The notes under the pieces were generated by a model. It ran no database searches. It was not told the DNA's origin and worked only from the letters and a program-made list of their open reading frames with translations. Below are positions 1-9,600 of a stretch of DNA of 64,000 nt, one piece after another (the first letter of the stretch is position 1; each line of letters opens with the position of its first letter). Both the position numbers and the translations under genes were made by a program. This stretch comes from Hydrolagus affinis (Eukaryota). The stretch is taken from assembly GCA_012026655.1 (NCBI GenBank), contig JAAILG010000923.1, positions 1 to 64,000 on the forward strand, given 5' to 3'.

Positions 1-483
1 CACATTCAATTGCAAGAAATTGTCCCTCGTCCAGGACTCAATGTCGGACAGACATGCTGTCAGAACATCGATGGTCTGGGGGTTGAGGGAAGAGGCAGAA
101 AGGTATAGCTGGGTGTCATCCGCATACATGTGGAAATTTACCCCATGTTTGCGGATGACATTGCCCAGAGGGAGCGTGTAAAGGGTGAAAAGAAGGGGGC
201 CGAGGACAGAGCCCTGAGGGACGCCGTGGGAAACTGTGCGGGGGTTTGAAGAGAAGCCGTTGGAGGAAACAAAATGTAAACGGTGGGTCAGGTAGGAATG
301 GAACCAGTCAAGGACTGTGCCTTGAAGGTTGAGGTGGGAGGAAAGGCGTTGGAGAAGGATGGTGTGATCGACTGTGTCGAACGCGGCAGATAGGTCAAGG
401 AGGACGAGGAGACAGAGGGAGCCCTGGTCACAGGCGGTTAGGATGTCATTTGTAACCTTAACCAGGGCAGTTTCTGTGCTGTG
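1..483 (-). mobile_element. L2-clade LINE ORF2 reverse transcriptase fragment, 5'-truncated, continues off the left edge
   Basis: Minus frame is 161 codons with no stop: [13 protein letters not shown]...LLDLSAAFDTVDH...[13 protein letters not shown]...HMYADDTQLY, which are non-LTR RT motifs; closely similar to the copy at about 60395-60779. Confidence 0.93.
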
Positions 484-564
484 AATTGGTCTGTGCTGTG
501 ATAGATAGCTCCTTACAATTTCTACAAAGTATTAACCAAGTGTTTTTCCCCAAATTCTTAATAG

Positions 565-685
565 AAGAGGAAGAAGAAATTGAAGATGAAGCTCTTCCTT
601 TAGATATGCTAGAGGAAGATGATTTAGACTATATGCAAAGCATGCGTCAAAAAACAAATTTTCTCACCAGAGATCTATCTTCCAG
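565..685 (+). CDS. NOC3L: NOC3L exon (in-window 1)
   Basis: atag|AA...TCCAG|gtatgg; [38 protein letters not shown]. Confidence 0.9.
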
Positions 686-3600
686 GTATGGCACAGTTTT
701 GATCTTTGGTGTATTTTTTCACCCAGAGTTTTGCTTCCTTATATTACACAATACAAATGAACAATAATAATCCTTACATTTGATATAGCACTTTGCACTT
801 ATTCTGGACATCTCAAAGTGCTACACAGAAAACTAAAATCCGTAATAATATAATTAATGCTGTAGTTAAATATAATGAGCAAAGACAGTTCATATGTTTT
901 CAGATTTTGGATAAACAGACTTCTTGTTTTAGTTTTTAATGTGTAATTTGTTGTTCCTAACTGTTTATCTACTTGACATGTAGAGATCAATTAAGATTTT
1001 TACAGCATCTGTTCTGGTCAATTTATTTTAACTGAGAGTTCACAGCGCATCTTGTTTTGTTTTGTACCATAGCTCTTGCAGCACATAAGGATTTATATTT
1101 CTATATTGCGTCAAAGATATAAAAGTAGGAACCCACTTGTTAGTCAATTGGCAAATTGGGTAATCATTACTTTTTTTTAAATGGTCACTTCAATTCACAA
1201 CTGCAGAATTGCCTGGCACATTTCACCCACAAAATATGTAGTCAATTTAGTTTTCTTTATATTCTGTGAAGTGCTTTGAGATATCTCAAAGATGTGATAC
1301 GCGCTGTATCAAAATGCAAGAATTATTGTAAAATGTTTGTTAGGTAAATATTTGCTCTTGGCTGCATTTCTTATATATTTGTAAGCATTTAATTCCTTTA
1401 TTGCTGCTAGAGTTGGTTAAAGAATAATTGCAATACATCAGCCTTAATTATTTGTAACTCGAAAACATTGTTTTGTTCTCTTACTCGTGCTTAGTGCGAC
1501 TGTATATTTACCTAAGTTCAATATACGATTTTTTTTGTTTGATTATACTGTACAATTGTATTGTCCCTTCATCAAATCACATGCTGATTTATTTTCTAAT
1601 ATTAAATGTTGACAAGCTGGTTAATCCAATGCTTTGCCTTATTGATCTACAGTGAACCAATCCATGTTAAAAAACAAAAGAAGAACAATGTAGTGGCATC
1701 ATATGAAAAGATACCCAGAAAATTACAAACTGAACCTGAGAAGGAGCTCATTCACTTGCTGCCTATCAAAGACAAGCGTGGTCTCATTCCACAGTCTATA
1801 GAGAAGCCAAGTAAGAAAAAAAATACCCATTTCTTGTGCAAACTTAATGCTATTTTCTCACTAGGTGGTGCTAAGTATTTAGATTTTTGCATTTTAAACT
1901 TTAAGCTTCTGTTTAGAAGTGTTCAATCTTAAAAATGAGACAATTTCTTCATATTTTGTGTTACTGGAATAAATAATACAGTGGACCCCTGTTATAATGG
2001 AGTAATTGAGATCCATAAAGATCTCAACCAGTGCACTAACGGCACAGTTATTGCTCAACATACACCCTGCCTGAGGACAGAAATATCTAAATGATATAAA
2101 ATGGTAAGTCAAAATTGCCAATTTCTGAGGCATTAGATTGATGCTGATGTCACATTGTACAGCATGTTAAATGACATAAGCAGAGACCTGATTACCTGGA
2201 AATTAGTCATTTTGGCTCTCCCTGTAGTAACTAGTACAGTAAAAGCCTGTTTATCCGGCACCCTTGGGACCTGGCTAATGCCAGTTAAAGCGCGTGCCAG
2301 ATATTCGGCCAAAAACACACAAAATTTTTTTAAAAAATGCATTTTTCAGGATAAATTCTGGTTAATCGAATGCAGACCTTTTCTTTGATGTGCCGGTTAT
2401 ACGGAAGTTATACGGTTGATCGGTGCTGGATAAACAGACTTTTACTCTTATTATGGAGTAGTAATGGAGTGGTGGGCTTGCACATTTTGGAATTTTTGAG
2501 TAAGTAACTAGTGATCTACACCCCAACTATATCAATAAAGGACATTATAATGGGATACTTTATTAGTAATAATAATCTTTGCATTTGCTATAGCGCTTTT
2601 CATTTCTTCTAGATGTCTCAAAGCATTTAAAGCATGAAAAGGAGCTATATCATATGCGAGGATTATTAATAATCCCATTTACGTATGTAAATTAGGACAT
2701 TTGAAGTTTTCATCTCCCTTGTGAACATGCATCATATGATCATTTTTTCTTTAGAAACTTTTAAAAAATGTTTTTGTAATGAAATGTGCACATAGCTTTA
2801 GTTCATTTTTAACAGTAACGTTTTTACTCTAGTTATAAAAGAAGAGTCTGAAGATGAAGAAGAAATGTCAGCGGAAGATGAACAAGATAGGGAAGGTATG
2901 GCAAGAAATGTTTTAACTACCAATAATCATTATAAGGAAAGTGCAGTGTCAGTGCTACAAGACAGCTGCTTTCAGCAGTCCGAGACATTATCCCACATGA
3001 AGGGTGTTATATAATAATAAATAATCCTTGAATTTTATATAGCGCTTTTCATGACTTCCAGACGTTGCAAAGCAAATATAAATGCAAGTTGTTGTTGGAA
3101 GCTATCCTAAAGTTGGAAAACCAATGCTGCAGAGAGGTACTCTTTGTGTAGCGTAAGCAGATCTGTGTTTTGTGACCACCTTGAAAGTGGGGCTGAAGTC
3201 TCCCTTTGCTACAGAAGTGAAAAGTGGATACTGAAGAATAATGTAAATAATGAACAATTGGAACGTAAACTGATTAGCACAGTTTAACAATAATTTTATT
3301 AAAAAATATATACAGGATAAGAAGCTAAGCTGGAGGATGGTTTTAAAAAAAACAAACACAAGGTGTTTATCAAAATATTACCTCCTGGCATGTGACAATT
3401 CCCCAAGTCTCATAGGGAGCAGATTTGTTTTTCCTTCAAGAAGCCAAGCCATCTATGGCTAGTTGCCAAAATAAGTGTGTACTACTGAACTGTGCTAATA
3501 ACCATTGTGATAAGCAGCAAGTTATATTCTTGTATTTATTTTCATATATATAAAGAGGGAAATGCTTGGACACGTGGCTTATTTTTCTCTGTCTAATATT

Positions 3601-6600
3601 TCCTCTTCACTTAGTTGCTCCAACCCTTCCAGTGTTGACTACAGAGGAGCTACAGTTACAGCGAAGAAAGACATTGCATGAAAGAAAGACTCGCATTGCC
3701 GTATTGGCATCGTCCATCTTATCTGAGCCTGATAAAAATGTATGTATAAGCAATCTAAAGATAATCTCAAAAGGTTAAATTCATAAAGGATGTAAGGGAA
3801 GTGAGAGAAATGATTCCAAGAGACAGCATCTTGCACAATTGGCTGCCTCGTTTTGCCCACAAAATATAAGAGTCAATTCACTTTACGGTATATTCTATGA
3901 AGCATTTTGAGATGTCTAGAAGATGTGATAAACACTATATCAAATGTCAGGATTATTATTATCCAGTGGTAAACCTATATCAAATCTTACCAGCGGGGGT
4001 AATACACAGCAGCAAAGAATGACAGATATTGATGGATTGCTTTTTTAAAAACCATTTGTTATGGGAATTATGTTTGAGTTGCATTTGGATCTTGAAACAA
4101 CATATTCCACTGTGGTTTCATTTTCAACTTAGAGCATGTCTAATTTTTTTACATGATATTTTAATGCTGAAGGTACTTGGTACAGATGATTGCAGGATTG
4201 ATAGTCACATTCTAGAATAACATTGATGAATATGAATAGTGAAGTAAAAATGATTTATGGAATAACTATAATACAGAAGTGGTATTATAGGGAAATAGGA
4301 TTTTATTGTCATTTGGTTATGTTATGTCAACAGATCAAAAGGTTGAAAGAACTGCGTGCTATGTTGATGGAAACGGATCCAAATGTTGCAGTAACTGTGC
4401 GGAAATTAGTGATGGTATCGTTGATGGAACTCTTCAAGGACATCACACCATCCTACAGGATACGGCCTCTCACTGATTCTGAGGAAACTGCAAAGGTACA
4501 GACCAGATAGGTTAAAAGTTTTTTTTAAAAATTATCAGGATATCGAAGAAGATCTTTATGCTTAAATCTAGGTTGTTTTTGCTCATTGTAAAAAAATATC
4601 TTATTCTATATATGTATCTATGGATTCGAATAAAACTATCTGGAATTTAGAGTAGAATACTTTGCTCTCACTGCCATCTAGTGGTTTATCAGGATCAGAA
4701 CTCTGCGCTGATTTTACTGTTGTAACAATTGCTAATATTTCTGTCCTAAGTTGTATTATATAGGATGTTACTTTAGTTTGTGACTAAAAACAAACAATTG
4801 TGAGGAAATATCAATTAAGATGAGTTATTTATGTTGCAAGTAATGGATACAAGTGCCTACAACCCAGACAAACTGGTTGTGACAAAAAAATTGATCTTGT
4901 GAATAGTTTCAATCAAACCATTTTAACAAATGTTTTTAATTTCAGGTGAGGAAAGAGACCCGGCACTTGCGAGAATTCGAAGAAGGATTAGTGAGCCAGT
5001 ATAAGTTTTATTTGGAAAATCTTGAACAGACAATCAAAGGTACTTAAACTTTCTAAATAATTTCAGATTTCATTATGATAAATATGCAGAATTTCCTACT
5101 TGCTGATTCACTTTTACAAAAAGAAAGCAGGCATTTCAAATTGAATGCTTAGTACAGTCCATACAGTACAGTCAGTGATTTAAAAGTGATTCTGGGATAC
5201 ATTATTATTGACCCATTTTTTAAGGTGATTTGTCTTTGGCTCTAAAGAAGGAAAATTAGCAGCATCAATAAATCCTGCTGATTGGGGATTAGTTAGCACA
5301 GTGATTTGCAAAATTTAGCTTTGAATCCAGTCCAGATCATGGATTAAAAAATTAATTTCTTCTTCTTGTAGATTTGAGATGTTCAATATGAAAGATCAGT
5401 CGTGTCTTAGGGTCCAGGAATACTGGTCACAGTTGAGCACAAATCAAGAAATGTCACAGAGAAAGTCCAATACACTGGATAGTTTACAAAACAAAAAAAG
5501 TTAACATGGTATATAGTAGGGTTTTATAGTTGAATTGGGATTTTTTTTCCCAACATAAATATGATTGTGTATTTCAACAAAAATAAATTGAATACCTGTT
5601 AATTGCCATTTAGTCTTTGTTTCAATGTTCCATTCTGTAGTGTGAATGAGTTGTATGTAAATGAATTGGTTGTGTTTATCAATATTGAATCTCTTAATTG
5701 ACCTTAAATCAGTAAGAATAGACTGCATTACTGAATATGCCGTTTTAGATTATCTAACAACATTTCAAAGAACATGTGTGGAGAGGGTATTGCCGTGGAA
5801 CTTAGAACAATTGAATAGTGAACTAGTCTGATGGACGAAACATAATTAAATTTTTGTTATTTACTGTGATCTGGTTTAAACATACTTTATTTTTATCCAG
5901 ATTGGAAGCAAATGAAGCTAAAGAAGAGCGATGTTGTTTCTTTAAAAGCCTACAAAGGACTGGCAGAGGTGGCAATAAAATGCTTGTGTGAATTGCTGGT
6001 GGCTTTACCACATTTTAATTTCCATAACAACATTACTGTGATGATTGTTCCACTCATGAATGATGCATCAAAATCGGTACGTTTCTTCACAGTAGATAAC
6101 TCCTGTGATATTAGTCCATAATTTCAGTAGACAGATTATATGAAAATAGACACTTAAGTAAATAAAAGACATTATACTAATTGTGTGATGTTATAAGTTG
6201 CTGGATAAAAAGTTAAAACTTTTAAAAAAATGTTTATACTATATTTGACGAACAAGAATTTGGAAGCAAGTTTAAGATAATAATTCAATCTAGCATTCTG
6301 CCATTCACCAACTGTTCTGGCTTTACTCTTGATTTAACTTTACAGCTGCTCAATCGAGAGCTCATTTTTAATTAATAACTTGGTACGTGAACCTCAGAAT
6401 TAAATTGCAGTGTATCTAGAGAGAATTTTTGATTGGAAGGGATCAATTTAATCCTTTTTTTAGAGAATTCTGGGTGCACATTTGCGTATTTTCTTCTGTT
6501 TTTTTACATTTGAAAACCCGCTTTCCTTTTGGAATTTCTTTTGCTGGATAAAATCCAATACTCTGTGTGCCCCTTTTAACCAATTTTAAATTATTTTCCC

Positions 6601-9600
6601 CTGTACCAAATATTTAGTATTGTACAGTTGGTTCTATACTGATAGTGAATGCACAGATTCTGCAAGTGATTTTACATTGTGCTAGAACTACACTTAGCAC
6701 AACACCCAATGCATTTATTGTCTGCTTACAAAATATATCCTGCTCCTTACTGTCATTTTGATTGTAAAGAGCTGACTATCCTCTAATGTTCTCCCATCTA
6801 CTAATTTCAATCATTGATGTTATAGAGGTAGGCCTAATAGTCCAGTTATCATACCTGAAGGTCCATGTAAACAACCAGGATAACTTACTGCTACAGAAAG
6901 GCAGCTTGTATCGTTACACATTGAGACAGGATGCATGTTGAGTACAGTAAAAGCCCGTTTATCCGGCACCCTCAGGAACTGGCCAATGCGCATGCCAGAG
7001 ATTCGGTTGAAAACACCAAAAAAAAATACCTAGTGCCAGATAAATTCTGATGAATCGAATGCGGACCTTTTTTGAGGTGTCGATTATATGGAAGTTACGG
7101 TTGATCGGGTCATGGATAAACAGGCTTTTACTGTAATTAGGTTGTTTGGATTTTATACGCCTTTTTTTTGCTGTGATGTTTAACGGTTTGTTTTCAGATT
7201 TCAGAAATGTGTTGCGAGGCAGTTAAAAAGCTCTTGAAGCAGGACAAAGTTGGCGAGTCTTCACTGACAATGATCAAAGTCATTTCTGGCCTTGTTAAAA
7301 GCAGGAATTACGAAATCAAATCTGAGGTATATTTTGTTCTTCCCAATTGCTATCTCTTAATTACAAACTAATTTTGAAAACAAATTGGAAGTTTACCGTG
7401 CAAATAATTACAGTACTAGTCCTTGTATTTGATATAGCGCTTTTCACGTCTTCTAGACGTCTCAAAGCACTTCACAGAATACACTGTAAAGTGGATTGAC
7501 TGTATATACATGGGTGAAATGTGTCAGCCAATTGTGCACAGCAATATCCCACGAACCATCATGGATTGAAATGAACAATTTTTTTTCTTGAGGAATTCCA
7601 TATACAGTAAATTCACTTTACAGCATATTCTGTGAAACCCTTTGAGATGTCTAGAAGATGTGAAAAGCGCTATATCAGATGTAAGGATGATTATTATAAT
7701 AATATTTTACTTGTAAATCACTCAATCTGGTTCATGTACGACTCCCAGCATCAAACAACCTTTCAAATCTTTCATTCCCCTCCCATGCCTCTATTCATCA
7801 CTAGAGAGCTGTGTGAATGTTTTTTAAAAAAAGTTAAATTAATTTAACTGTTTCGACTGGTGGGTGTATCAGTGACTCGAGCTCACAGATTTAAAATAGT
7901 TTCTAAAAGAGGGGAGGTGAGAAATTTTTTCACTCAGTGAGTTGTTCGAATCTGGAATGCATTGCCTGAAAAGGTGGTGGAGGCTGATTTGATAATAACT
8001 TTTAAAAGAGAGGTAGACATTTATTTGTGGGGGATGGGTTTGTACTGTTATGGGGAGAGAGCTGGGGAGTGGGATTGAATTGCTCTTTTCAAAGAGCTGG
8101 GCAGACTCGATGGGTCGAATGGCCTCCTTTTGTGTCGTAAGATTCTATGAATTTATTTATTGTGTTTTTTTCTCATTGCAGGTGCTGAACACCTTTCTTT
8201 CCCTGCGAATTCGGGATGTGGAGGTTAAGAAAGATACAGAAGACATTGCCCCTAAAAAGAGATTCATGACAATGAAGGAAAAACACCAAAGTCTCTCCAG
8301 GAAACAGAGAAAGGTATTAACAAGTTGTCAACACTCCAGATAAATGCTGGATACCTACAGATTATATTTATTTGGAGCAAATTATGTCAATTGTTTTGTT
8401 TTAAATTATCTCTTAATTTTTCAGTGGAAAAAAGCAGAGGAGAAACTAGAGAAAGAACTTCTAGAAACAGAAGCTTCAGAAAGTAAAGAAAAAAAACTAA
8501 AACTGGTACGTGGTTTCTGGGTTTCACTCCTTTATCTCGGCTAATTGGAGTGGGTGGAGTACCAATAATTTATCTCTGTTTGAAATTGTGACTTACTGTA
8601 AAATTTCCTTAAATTGTGACTTACACCATTGTATTATGAACTTGGATAACTTAAAAATTCCTTGACTACTGGCGTCAGCATGTCTATATCTCAGGAGCTC
8701 ACAATTTACAATGCACGGAAACTTTTAGCGCAATTCACAATGAACCAGCCATCTTGCTGATATCAGCGATGTGAGGGTCCCAAGTTATTTCTCAAAGGGG
8801 AGAGCTTAGTTCATGAAATGTTCGAATATAACCTTCTATTTTGACCCAACAATATATTTTTTAATAATCATTTTATTGACAGTTTCTCTTTTGTTTTGCC
8901 AACAGCACACTGAAGTCCTAAACATTGTGTTTCTGACATACTTCAGAATCTTAAAGAAGGCACAAAAATCAGTTCTTCTTCCTGCTGTCCTGGAGGGCCT
9001 TGCCAAGTAAGGAACCTTCTTGAATTTTTAGACATGGAAAAACATTGCTCGTGCTCATTTAGAAAAACCCAATTAAAATGCACCTTGCTATAACACAATC
9101 GGGGTTGTGAGCCCTGACATTTTTTTATACTGAAAATCTAAATTCTGTCATTGCAGAAATATGTCCACTTTCCTGTTTGTCAGGTGGTTGCTAAATTCAC
9201 TTCTTGTGAGGCACCCATACAGACTAGGCACTGAGAAGATGCACTAAAGTCACTTTGTATGTGCTGTGCATGCACACTGTGCACAGAAATGCTAATAATT
9301 TCACTGTGTGTTTTTCACGATACACAGGACCTGCTGCTGATTTCACTTTGCGAATTATGTGAAATCAGCAGTGCCTCTTGCGTAACCCACAGGAAGTGGC
9401 AACTGACCTTAGAAGTTGCCCATTGTATCATGCATCTGACTGCACAAACTGACCATGTAAATCTTGTCATAGATTCGCTCACGTCATAAACATCGAGTTC
9501 TTTGATGATCTCTTGATAGTGCTGCATTCTCTCATCGACTCTGGGGTGAGTAAAGGAGTTTTATTTTAAAAGAAAAGGGATTAGAGACCATTTATTTTGT

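Noticed and set aside
4940-4952. Recursive-type site ttcag|GTGAGG at a NOC3L exon start
   Set aside because: The preceding intron is only 450 nt and the bases encode a Val-Arg required by the protein; weaker case than the PLCE1 example.
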